A DNA stretch of 64,000 nucleotides from Camelus dromedarius. Lineage: Eukaryota. Each line of letters begins with the position of its first letter. Positions within the stretch are counted from its first letter, which is position 1. Of this stretch, positions 10,376 through 22,304 are shown in pieces. The notes beneath the pieces are model-generated. The model was not told the origin of the DNA. It saw only the letters and a list, made by a program, of their open reading frames with translations, and made no database searches. The DNA is taken from positions 16,802,001 through 16,866,000 of the forward strand of contig NC_087464.1 in NCBI RefSeq assembly GCF_036321535.1, given 5' to 3'. The position numbers were made by a program, and so were the translations under genes.

Positions 10376-13300
10376 AGTGCTATTGTTCAATCATCTCTCC
10401 TTTGTGCTCTTTTTATCTTCGATTCATATTCTCATTAACTTTTCTCTCTCCTCAAGCTATTAGTTTCAGGGAAGCTGCCTTTGATCCTCGGCCTCATCCC
10501 CTTCCAGCCGTGCCCTCGTGATTTCCTTCCCCTGCCTGGCAGTTGGCGGGGTGGCCTTGCGAGTTCTTTTCATCTTGCTCAGTTGACTTGAGCATCTCCT
10601 GCAGACCCTCTACTCGTTCTCACACAGGAACCAGGCTGCAGTCCCAGAGAAGGACAGTCCCCGAGAAAGACTGCTTTTCTGGTGCCCAAATGTGCAGGGG
10701 TGGGGGAGGACCCCCCCCCCCAACATTGCTGGGGGCACGGGTCTTCTGTTTTCTGCCATCCCTTCCATGCCCTGCGCCCGGGCCCCCTCTGCCCCACCAG
10801 GAGTGGGTACTCCTCCACATCCCAGGCAGCCCAGGGTCCGTGAGGGCGGAGGGCCCTGGAGGCCGTTGCAGTGGAGGTTGTCTTCTTCACATGTTGGCCC
10901 ATTCTCTTCATAAACAATTTGTCATTGTTACTCATTTTGTCAGGTTTTGGGGCAGGAGAGTCTGTGTTCTCCCCTCACTCTGCCTTCTAAAGTCTCAATG
11001 CCTCTCCTAGGTAGACCCCTACAAATGCAAATCTCCAGGTCCTGCCTACCCAGAGGCCCAGAGGCTCTGATTCCACCCTCCCCACCCCAAGTGATGTGGG
11101 TGTACAGGCCAGGGTTGAGGACTGATGGGTCATCTACCAGGGCCATTTGCATTTTTGTCAATTTAAAAGAATGTGGCTCTGATTATGTAAAATCACATGG
11201 CAAAGAACACTTCACAGTTTTGGAATGTCCTCATGGGTAAACAAATTGGATCATTCATTCTTTTGGTGCAGCCTCAGAGGCCCAGAGAGGGGAAGTGATT
11301 GCCCAAGGTCACACAGCAAGTCAGCAACATGTTTGAAGGTTGGAAGAGATAAATTTGAAGAATTGGCAGTGCCAACCTCAGATCTGGGCCCTGGGGATGG
11401 GGGTAGCCCAACTCCATGGGCTGGAAGGTTTTTGCCTGTGGCTGGAGCCCCCTTCCCATCTGGCAGAGAGGATATGGTTGTGGCCCTTGCCCTGGGGAAC
11501 TCTGGCCAGGAGGGAAACTGGCTGTCCTAACCCACTCAGGAGGAGTGACCCCACCTCCCCTCAAACCTGCCACACCCCATTCACTCACAGCTCCGCGGCT
11601 GTGTTAGGAGCCCAGGGCCTGGTGAGGAAGCTGCCTCAGAAGAAGTGGGGTCAGCACTGGGGAGAGGTGGGGTCAGGCCTCTCTGGGAGGGTCTCCCTTC
11701 TTCCCCGGGAAGGGGCTGCTGGAGCAGTTGGGGCCACGACAGGGCAGTACAACTTGACCCTCCCTGGAGAGGACGGGCCAGGACCCTCAGGGCAGCTGGG
11801 CAGAGCCGCTCAGAGTGTCTGCCCCTGGCCTGTTCTCCTCCTGCCCCACCGACCTGGTGACATCAGGCAGCCTGAGGGGACTCCTGGGCCCTCAGGGAAT
11901 GATAGGACCCTCTCAGCCTGTGGTGATAGTTGGTTCCTGCAGAAGCACAGGCCCTCTGTATTGGGGCTACTGAGCTCAAAACAGTTCCATTCCACCAGGA
12001 AACAAGCAATACTTCATTGGAGTATTTTTGTGAGGAGATGGGGAAAAGGCATCTCTTTGTTCACCATAATAAAGCTGCAATTTAATGTCCCTCTGGGCAT
12101 TTCTGATCTTTCCCTGCTAAATTCTCCCACCCCATGTGTTCTGGAGTCCCTTCTGTGGCCAGCCTGGCCCTGTATTTGCACTGCACTCACCAACACAGCG
12201 GGGCTGACGGCGCCTCCGAGTGTGTCCCAGGGCGTGTGTGAATCACAATGTGGCTGCGCCACTCTGGAAAGTACAGGAAGTGACGCTGTGCCAGGGTCAT
12301 CCTGACCCCATGAGCTCCAGGAGCACCCAGGGAGGAGTGGACAACTCAGGAGTCAAACTCAGGCCGCCCAGGCCCCAGCGGCTGCTGAAGCCAACCGTGA
12401 ACACATCCCCGCATCGACGGGCTTCTGGGCTCTTGACAGCAACCTCCCAGAGGAGACAGGTCATGTGGCCACGTCTGTCCCACAGGGTCTTGTTTTTCAG
12501 ATGAGGAAGCAAGGCCAAGGAAAGCTCAGGGCTCCTGCAGCTGAGATGCCCCAGAGCCTGGACTCACCCCGTTCTGCAACTCCTTCGGCTATTCTAGTCT
12601 GAGCTGCAACATGGACACCTCTCCACACCCTGCTGAACGCGTGGCTTACTTGGTCTGTGATGGGGCATCTCCACTCACTCTTCCCCAAGGCTTTTCTCCC
12701 TAGAGATTGAGGGCGGCTTGTCATTAGCACTAATTGTTTTCAGGCATTTTTACCTAGGGTTTTACACTTCCTGATTTGCTCTCACCACCTTACAGTGTTG
12801 AGTCCTCTCCTCACTTTGGAGAAGGCCTGGCTCTCAGGGGAGGTGGTGCAGAGCTGAGATCCTCCCATCTTTGTAGCGAGTCTTCGTTTCAGAGAGCCCC
12901 TTGTGTTCCTGGGTGGGGCTGTACTGTCCAGGGAACGTTTTGTGGCCTTCTTCAGCCTCTCTGAGGAAGGGTCTCTTAACCTTTCAGGGGTGCTGGCCCC
13001 TTTGACCGTCTGATGAAAGTCGTGGCCAGACTTTTCCCAGAAAACTGCACAGACATATAAAAATAGTAATATAATGTAGGGGTTTATATGCCCTCAGACA
13101 TCTATCCCTGGAACTTCCAGGGGTTCCTAGAGTCTGGATTGATACCTCCTATGTTAGGAGATGCTCTCTGCCAATCTTCAGAACCCAGAATCTGGATGCT
13201 TATGATGCTTGGAGAACTGGATGTAACCATCCCTGGAGGCTTCTTTTTTAAGTGGGCAATTTCATAAAAGGATCAGGTTGAGAATGGCTGAGCCCACTGA

Positions 13301-14244
13301 GTGAGAACTACGTCCAGTTTATTTGCCAGTCAACTTCTGCACATATCTATACAACAGACAACACACACACAGACTGGGCCTACTCTACAGTAACAATAAT
13401 TCATGGTCAGTGAGTGCCAGGCATCATCTCGTTAAGTCCTCGTAACAGTCAGTCCCATAGGGTTATGCTATTATGATCAGTCTGAGGCTCAGGAAGTTAA
13501 GTAACTTACTCAAGGTCACACAATAAATGGACCCAATTGACCTTTAACCTCAAGCACTCTGACTCCAGAGCCATTTGATAGTCTTCCTTCCTGTGAACTG
13601 GTGATAAACTCTGAGCTGGGGGTGGGTGGGCACCTGGCCCCATCCTGTTCTGAGACTTGACTTTAGATGCTGCAGGGTCGAGGCAAAGAGAGCCGGCTCT
13701 AAGTGGACGCTGGAATGACGGTTTTCTGGAAAGCCTCTGTAGCACATGGGCCCCTATCTCGAGAGCTGACAGACTGTATCACGAAGTGGCATTTGCCTGG
13801 CGTGGCAGGGAGACAGAACTCCTTCCTCAGGCAAATTTGGGTGGTAATGTGACCCCATTTGACTCCCCCAGGCTGGCAAGGCCTGGGAAATGTCAGCTTA
13901 CACTCTTTCCACCGCCTTTAAGGTTTCCTTTGCCTCTAGTGCCCTTTGCAAAGTGCCTGCGGGAAACGGCGCTCCTGCTTCAGCTTCCCGGTTGCCGAGT
14001 CTCTTTAAGGCGGCTAGACCTGTGAGACCCCCTCCTGAAAGTGGCTCTCCCTGAGCAAGGCTGTTCCACTTGTATATTTCTAAACAGCCTCTGGATGGTT
14101 CCGACCCACCCACCTGCCTGGCCAACATTGCGGGGAAACAAAGATAAGGATGCTTTGCCCAAAGCTAAATTCCCAGCAGCTGAGGTTCGAGTTCACCCTG
14201 TGGGCTGACCCCTGGTGCCCTTTCCCCTGCCCGAGGCCAGTGGG

Positions 14245-14385
14245 CCCAGGGTGGCTGGCAGCCTCAGCGTCACTAGGGAGCTTGTTAGAGGTGCAGACCC
14301 TCAGGCCCCAGCCCGGATCTGGATCAGAAACTGTTTTAACTAGCCCTCCAGTGATGCTGAAGCTTTGAGAACCACCGCCCTAGGC
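14245..14385. mobile_element. MER5-type hAT-Charlie MITE
   Basis: GGGAGCTTGTTAGAGGTGCAGACCCTCAGGCCCCAGCCC...TTTGAGAACCACCGCCCTAG. Confidence 0.55.
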
Positions 14386-17300
14386 TGCTGCCTTCTCAGC
14401 TGGGATCTGAAGATCTGCATAGGCAGCAGTGACTGAAGTTTGAATTCCAAGACTTCCGCACATCTTGGTCCTCCCCACGTGAGCGAACTCCAGATACCGA
14501 GGCCAGAATAGGGAGCTGGACACTCACCAGTGGTTAGTGTACCAGTGGTACTAATCTTAGCCCACGGTAAACAAGACGTCTCCAAATCAATACATGGGGA
14601 AATTGGCTAGCTTTCTGAGAACGAATAAAACACTAATAACCAAAACATCAGTCACACGTAAAATAGGAAATCTAAGTGAATACTGAGGCCAACTGGAAGG
14701 CAGCTTTCACTCGTCTTGGTGAAGCCAGCAGAAGCGGTGAGGGAGGAGCCTCCAGTAGGCCGTCTGCCGCCCTGCTCCACAGGTCTGGCAGTGCCAACTT
14801 GGCTGCAAGATTCTAAGCTCCAGCAGGCCTCAAGCCCCTGGCCCCAGCCTCCTGTCTTATCCTCTCATGGGGAGGGCGGTCTAGGCAGATGCCTTCACAG
14901 TGGCCTCTTCCTCCACCCATCCAACAAATGTTATTAGGCACCTGCCGTGCGCCGGGTCCTCCTGGCCAGAACCCCGCTGTGGGGCAAAGCACAGACCCAA
15001 GCTAAGGACTGTGGAGGGAGTGGCGGGACTTGTCGGGCGGGGGTCCTTGCAGGCTGGCTGGCATCCCTCTCTGCCTTCCCCTATGTAGCACTCTGTCCTT
15101 GAGCTGGAGTTCCTGCTGTGCTCCCTATGGTCACCTAGGCAGGTGACCCAGTTCAGGGCCCTTGCCTCTTGAAGTGAGGAGGGTGGCCAGGTGGAGAAGT
15201 GTGACTTTCTGCTCAGGGATAGACAGGGCAGCCCCCAGTGGGGTTGGCTGGACCTAGGGATCCCCAGTCTAGGGGCCACGTGATCACTCCAGCCTCCTGA
15301 GCAAGTTAAACTCCATTGACGCCGGCTGGCCTTGCTTGGTCCTGGCCCTGGCCAGGCCCTGGGAGGGGGTGCTTTCTCGTGGCCCTACAGCCTATTCCTA
15401 GCTGGGGGGTTCCAACTCCATAGCCCTCCAGAGCAAAGCTGAACCTGAAGGTGGTAGAGTGGCTGTCCCTTGCTTTATTCTGATGATAAAAATGATACGG
15501 AGCTTTTTGTAAAAAGTCAAGCAATTTAGAAAAGTAAAAATTATCTCAATCCCACCACTGTTAATATTTTGATGAGCAACTCTCTCTCAACACACACATA
15601 CACACACACACACAGGTAAAGTGACAAATAAAATCTTTACTAGCCATGTTGTTCAGTAACCTGTTAAAAAAAAAAAAAGAAGCTGTCATTTACAGGACAT
15701 ACAACTGCTGAGCACACTGTGCCTTATGGCAGGGCCCACCCTCCAGCCTTGTGGACCTGGGTTCCAGGCTGGACGGAGGGGTGGCAGGGATTTACAGTGA
15801 TGCCATAGGACTCTGATCAGCTCCTCAAAAATATGCTGTGGATGACTTTCTAGGTCAATAAGCAGAGCATTCATCACATGCTCTTAAATATAAAAAATAA
15901 ATTAGCACAGAGTTGGCTTTTTTGAGGGGGAGGGGGTTGATGTGGCCTTTGAGGACTTATTTGCGAAGCATGGAGGAGGGAGGCATCATGGGCTGGACAG
16001 AACACTCACTTTTGCACACACACGCACACCATGTGCACTGCAGGAGATCCTGGGCCTCAGGGGCTGAAATGGAGCCTGGACCAGAGGCCCCCAAGTTGAC
16101 CCCTCAGGTAACAGAGTGTCCTCGTGCCTGAAAGGGGTAGGGACTGTTGGTATCACTTATGCAGGAACGCCATTTCTCTGGGATGTCTTTAAAGCATGTC
16201 TACAGCCCCTGTCCCTGCCCCATTTCCCCTCCTTGGCCAGTGGAAGTTGTCCTCTCCTGTCACTTGCTACCCTGAAAGCTGCTAATTCTCTTGCTGGACA
16301 AGCAAGGGACTCCTGCCTGTCTGCTGGCATTCAGTCTCACCTGCTCCAATCCTTTTCTGACCCTGTGGTCAGAGCACTTTTTCTAACACTCTAATCGGAT
16401 CACATCTCTCCTGCTTCAGAGCCTTCCCTGGGACAGGTCCCTGCTCCTCAGCCAGGACCATCTTGGCTGGCTTTTCCACCTCTGTCAGCTCTTCCTGAGC
16501 CCAAGGAGGTCCCCTCACAGGCCAGGCTCCATCACATCTCCATTCTTGACCTCTGTGGGCTCTGCTTCTCTTGTTCTGAATTCCTATTCATTCACCAGGG
16601 CTTGAACTTCACCTCCTGTGCCCCCTAGATGGGATTAGCTCTCCCCGGGGGCTCCTGCCACACCCTGATACCCCAACACTGTTTCTCTTCTCCTTCTGCC
16701 GAGGTGAATGTTTGCAGCTTCCCTCTCTGACTGTGACCTCGCTGAGGGCCAGGGCCATGCCTGGATTTCTGTGTTTGGACCAGCAAATGTTTGCAGACAT
16801 CCAACCATACGGTGCCACAACGGTCTCAGAGGCAAGGGCCGGCTGCTACGTTTATTGTGCAGATGAGTTGAGGCTCAGAAAGGTCATGGAGCTTGCAAAG
16901 GTCACCCAGTGAGTACCAAGGCAGCAGGGCCACTCAACTGGATGCCGGGACCAGCGGTGACAGGTAAATGGCGGTCCCCCGTCGCAGCGCACGTGCAGCC
17001 TGCAGGCGGTGGGTCTCGTGGGGCTCGCGTGGGCGGACTGCTTGCTGACACTAGCTGTTAAACCACGGCCGCCACAGACGTTCACGCTTCCGTCTTGAGG
17101 TTAGTGGGGTTACCTACTCCCCAGGTCACGAGGGGCTCTGGGCCCCTCGCTAGGAAGGAGGCCCTGGGGGGTGGGTGGCTGGGTGCGAGCAGGACTCTGG
17201 CCACAGGTCACGTTTCTCAGACGAGCCCCCTTCCAGGCTGGGGTTTCAGACCCTTCTTGAGAGCAGTGCCCAGTCACCGCCCCCGCGGTGCCCTGCTCCA

Positions 17301-18569
17301 CGTTCTGCCCCGTGGAGGGAGAGGGAGACTTCCCTGCAGGAGGCAGGGACCTATGTGCTCTGCTCTGCTCTGAGCGAGCTGGGCAGGGGCCAGGGCCTGA
17401 CCCCCATGTGGGCTCGAGGCTCCTGGCAAGGACTGAATACTTGGGGCCAGGACAGGCTGATGCCCGAGGCCTGTGTGTGCGTGTGGCACACTCAGGGACA
17501 GAAGGTCCCCTAGGGTGAGCTCCTGCATCCTGAGCGGACCCAGGGGCTACTGGAGTCACTGATGGTCACTGAAGCCTCTGTGGGATGGTGGAACCATGTA
17601 GTTGAGCTGTGATGACATCAACCCCCCATCCTCCACACCTGTGGGCAGCAGGGACCCAGCCTTAGGCCCTCATCCCTGCTTGGGAAATGCCTCCCCTCCC
17701 CAGGGTTCTGTGGACTCAAGTTCAGGCTTCTGTCTCCCCTCTTGTCCTGTCCTCTGACCCTCTGCCCAGTAAACAGAACAAGGGCCCAGCAGCCCACTCC
17801 AGCCTCTGTGGGATTGTGTTCCCTCCCTTCCTCCTTCCTCTTTTGCCGAAGGGAACACGAGTCTGGCTGAGTAAAGCCTTTCTGGGCGTGGGAAGAACGG
17901 GAGACCGAGTGCGTTTTGGAAAGCAGGAGCTTTACAACGGCCAGGGGTGCTTGTCCTAGCAGTCCTGGTGGAGCTCTTGCCTCCTCTGTCCATGGACTGG
18001 AGCACATAGCAGGGGCCAGGCAGGGCTTGGGTCTCCTGAGCACGTCCCACCAGCCTGCTTCTCCAAATCCTGTCTGTGAGGCCATGTGGGGGATGTGGCT
18101 GCTGCCTCGAGGAAGCAGTGGCTGCTGGGTATTCCACCTGGTCCCCGCTAAGGGTCCATAGGTCATCATGCCTCTGCCCAGGGGTCTCTGCCAGGGAGGG
18201 AGCCCAGGGCTGTGTGAGATTCACGGCTGCTGCCAACCCAGGGCAGCTGCTCAGCAGGAGAACCGGGCAGGGACTTTGGGAGCCTCCTAAGCCTAGGGTG
18301 GGCTTTGGGGGTTCCAAGTAGCTCCAAGTTGTAGGAGGAGAAGCAGTTTCTTAACAAGTGCAAGAAGGGCCTGGACCACAGCCTCCACTTCCTCTTCTGG
18401 AGAAAAACCACAGCTCAGCTGCGCTGGCTGATAATTCTGCAGCTTCTGTCCCTGGAGCCTGCCTCAGAGGCTTGAAATTTTGAGCAGGTGGCCCCTGGGC
18501 TTTGGATGGAAAAACAGGGTTGGGAGAGGAGGCTGGATTGTCCAGGGAAAGAGCACAGACCTGGATTCC

Positions 18570-18692
18570 TTAGAATTTATCATCTAAACTGGAGCACTTT
18601 CAAGAATGAAAGGGAGCTGCCTTAATTATTACACCAGGGCAGCAGATGCAAACTGGGACTCTTCACGGCAAACCAAGATGTGTGTTACCCTA
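18570..18692. mobile_element. MER81-like hAT-Blackjack MITE
   Basis: GAGCACTTTCAAGAATGAAAGGGAGC...AATTATTACACCAGGG...GTTACCCTA resembles reversed MER81 as recalled. Confidence 0.5.
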
Positions 18693-20289
18693 CTTACTAC
18701 CATTTCCCAGCTGTGTGGATTTGGGCAATTACATAACCTCTGAATTCCGGTTTCTGCATAAAAGAGGTTAATATCATGAGCCTGCCTCCCAGGGCTGTTG
18801 GAGGGATTAAATTATGTGAATTATGTGAAAATGTCTGAACAGCCCTTGGCCTAGAGTGGGCTCTCCATGTTTGTTCTCTTCCAGTACAGTGAGGTAGTGG
18901 GTTCCCAGTCCCTGGAGGTAAGCAAGGACCTGTTGGCTCTCTGCAGTGTTTTCGTGGTGGGAGAGGGACCAGGGAAGGTATGTATACAGCTGGAGAGCCA
19001 GATTCCAATTCTTCCTGCGTCCTCCAGAGGGCTGATGGGGAGGGTGGGAGAGCCCCAGGCCTGGCCTCTGTCTTTGGCTGCCTGAGTTCCCCGGTTTTGG
19101 TTCAGGGAACATTTGTGTGCTTCTGCCCTCCTGAGACTGCCCCGTGTGGACACGACTGTACTCTCTGAGGGTCCTGGAAGGTGGCTGGAGGTTGAATTGA
19201 AGGAGGCTGCTTACATTTTCTGTGTCTGTTCCTGGGGACTGAGACACTGAACAGAGATTGTTCAGACCCAGAATTTTTAGAGGTGGGTGTGGGGTTGGCC
19301 TTTGCCACTTGACCCTGGGCTAGTCCAAGGTCTTCAGGCCTCAGGATCCTGCAGGGAGGTCATGTTCAGTGACGGGCAGGTGAAGGGGCCGTGGGTGGTG
19401 CTAGCCCTGCTCACAGCCTCTGCACTCCACCCCGGGGCTCCCATGCACTGCCTTCATCGGTCTTCCCCATTGCCCTGGGAACCCCTGCAGGCAGAGTGGG
19501 CAATCTTGAGGGGAGCTGTTTCCAGTATCTGAGCGGAAGAGGCACTCAGTAAAGGAATGAATGAATCAGGTCAGAGCTGGGAAGTGACCCAATGTCTGCA
19601 GCATCCCTGCCCAAAGCCAGAGATGCTGCAGGTGGAAGGGTATGACCTCCTGCCAGGGACATTATCCCAGTAGCCTTGAATACTGGCTAATTCGTCCTCC
19701 ATTTCCTCTCTGACGAACCTCCCCTGAGGTTTTGACTACAAACTGGGGCTCATTGGAAAGGTGGTTTCTGAAAATGTCAGCTCTGGAAGGTGTCTTGAGG
19801 TAACAGTGCACAGCAGCCCTCAGCAGACTCCTGTCTGGCCGGTCTCCTCCATTAAACAAAGGAGCCAAAGCCCCAGGTGGCGGTTGAGGCGTGCTGCTCC
19901 GAGGACCGGCCCCGGGGTGGGTCCAGGGCCTCCCCCTGCAGAGTCTCCAGGCTGAGCCCACAAGCCTTCCAGTCAACTCTGTCTTCAACACCTTTGGCCC
20001 AGGCAGGGCCTCCTCAGCTCAACCCTCTTGATGGAGGTCAAGGAGAGAAGCGGGACACCAAACAGGTGAGTCACCAAGGGTACGTCCCAGCTAAGAAAAG
20101 ATGGCTCCAAACACAGGGTACTGGAACTCTGAAAAGAGGTGCCAAAATCCCAATGTAAGACTTTCTGGCCTATTAGCCTATTAATGGAGGATCTTGAAAA
20201 GTAAGGCTTCCCTGATACTAACAGACGACACCAGCATTCAAAATATTCTCACAAGAGAATGTCTGACCCTTCTCTGTTGACCCCAGATC

Positions 20290-20650
20290 TGGGATATCAT
20301 CCAGTGCCGACAATTTGACAGGCAGAAAAATGGCATCTTGTTGTTCTAATTCTTATTTTTAATGAGGGAGGTTAAGCATTTTTCACATATTTGTGGGTCG
20401 TTTGCATTTCCTTTTCTGAGAACAGCCTATTCACATCCTTTGTTCATTTTTCTACTGGGCAATTTTTTTGTTAATAATTTATAGGTACTCTTTGTATATT
20501 ATGGATATTAATCTTTTGTCAGGTTTTTTTTCCCCCTTTTTTCTGTCATTTATCTTTTAATTTTGTTTAGGTCATTTTCTACAAAAGGTTTTACACTTTC
20601 ACACTGCCCTATGCGTGTCTTTTCCTTTGGCTTCTGTGTTTCATGTTGTG
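20290..20650 (-). mobile_element. Old L1 (L1ME-like) fragment just past the BLM poly(A) site
   Basis: Antisense L1 ORF2 3' phrases (AAATGGCATCTTGTTG, TTCACATCCTTTGTTCATTTTTCTACTGGG). Confidence 0.55.
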
Positions 20651-20759
20651 CTTAGAATTTGTCTGACTGAGATGATTCAGCTGCTGCTTCAGGCGTTCTG
20701 AGAAACACCGGCCACAACGCTTGCAGTGGCAGCAAATCATGCTTATTTAAAAGAAAAGA

Positions 20760-20799
20760 TTTATTTTAAAAATAAGAACTGTCACCCCAAGCATTTATT
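20760..20799 (-). terminator. Two AATAAA poly(A) signals in the BLM 3'UTR
   Basis: Plus-strand TTTATT at 20760-20765 and 20794-20799, 120-160 nt downstream of the stop; short UTR resembles the human BLM 3'UTR as recalled. Confidence 0.8.
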
Positions 20800-20918
20800 T
20801 AAATATTAATAGATATGGGTAAAAATTACAAATGGTATAACACAACTAACAGCTTTATATTCACAGATGGTCAGATGCTGACAAACAAGAAAGATCTATG
20901 TACATTGAGATCTGGTTG

Positions 20919-21251
<333 letters not shown>

Positions 21252-21827
21252 TTACAATTTAAGGAATAGACAGCTTCCTTTTACACAAATTTGTCCTAAA
21301 TTTGTCTTCCTACAACGTCAAGGATTCTGTGACTTGGGACCGACCTCCTGTGCCTTCTGTCCACCCTCTCACAGCCTATAATCAGACCTCTCCCTTCCAC
21401 CCCTCCCTCCAGACAACAGAGCTGAGATCCACATTCCCCTCTACTCTGACCACAGAAAGGAAGTAAGAATACCTTGTTAAGGCCCCAACGCCCAGACAAT
21501 AGACACAGTGGAATTACTGTGCTGGCATAGTCCAGAGGAGGTAGCTTTGTGGGTGGGTGGAGATGGGGCGGAGCAGAGCAAGCCTCCTCCAGGCCGGCCC
21601 GCCCAGGGGGAGGCTGCAGATGTGGTTCCCCGGGGGCCCCAGAGTAGCTCGGGGCTGGCACATCTCCATCAGGGCCTCAATGCCAGCGGCTTGCTCGCCT
21701 GTCCCGCTCTCACCTCCCACTCGCTGCTGAGAAGTCCCTGCCACAGCCTATTACAAAGTCCTTCCAGCACCTCTCTTCCCTCTCTGATCTGAAGATAACA
21801 GCTTTTTTCCTCCCCTTAAATAAACTG

Positions 21828-21858
<31 letters not shown>

Positions 21859-22172
21859 AAATCATAGGGCCAGCATGTTTACAAGGATAAAGGAAAACAG
21901 CAGGCAACATTCTCTATAGAAGCCTTTCCCTAAAAGAATATTTCCCACCGCTTTGTAACCAGGCTGAATTCCTGCCCAGTGTTAATATTCCCTCGCATCA
22001 GGGCATGCCAGTGGCCTCCCATCTCTGAGTTTAGGGGCCAGGGTATCAGGGCCACCAGTCTGGTAATGACATTTTGGTGGGGGTGGGTGAAGAGTGGTTT
22101 TTCAACATTCTAAAACTCTTGCTCGAGGGCAGTTTTCCTGCAGAACAGGCAAAGATCTGCTAAACCCACAGA

Positions 22173-22304
22173 NNNNNNNNNNNNNNNNNNNNNNNNNNNN
22201 NNNNNNNNNNNNNNNNNNNNNNNNNNNNNNNNNNNNNNNNNNNNNNNNNNNNNNNNNNNNNNNNNNNNNNNNNNNNNNNNNNNNNNNNNNNNNNNNNNNN
22301 NNNN
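22173..22304. other. Assembly gap/masked run, 132 N (others: 23117-23263, 45094-45240, 45376-45505, 48811-48960, 51822-52026)
   Basis: N runs counted directly. Confidence 0.98.

Larger units (their letters stand above)
7340..10600 (-). mobile_element. Old HAL1 / L1-ORF1-type element, fragmented by later insertions
   Basis: Degenerate ORF1p C-terminal motifs on the minus strand: LQAPRRKHQINNKGEKKSNLA (about 9585-9645) continues as ASKFSTATFKTRRQ...RIFHPARLS (about 8395-8505), resembling L1 ORF1 RLxADFS...RISYPAKLS. Family assignment from memory; outer ends approximate. Confidence 0.6.

Noticed and set aside
11340-12305. Longest ORF in the track (321 aa, plus strand)
   Set aside because: Starts at a TTG, overlaps MIR-like sequence, has G/P/L/W-rich composition typical of GC-rich non-coding DNA and no recognisable domain.
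16883-16908. Two AGGTCA half-sites (direct repeat, 12-nt spacer)
   Set aside because: They lie within MIR-like sequence that commonly carries AAGGTCA; the spacing is not a standard nuclear-receptor element.
1-20700. FURIN exons or promoter; CRISPR arrays or prokaryotic-type systems
   Set aside because: No FURIN-like coding sequence or large CpG island is visible, so the neighbour is inferred only from recalled synteny. No repeat-spacer arrays or operons are present; the DNA is mammalian intron/intergenic.
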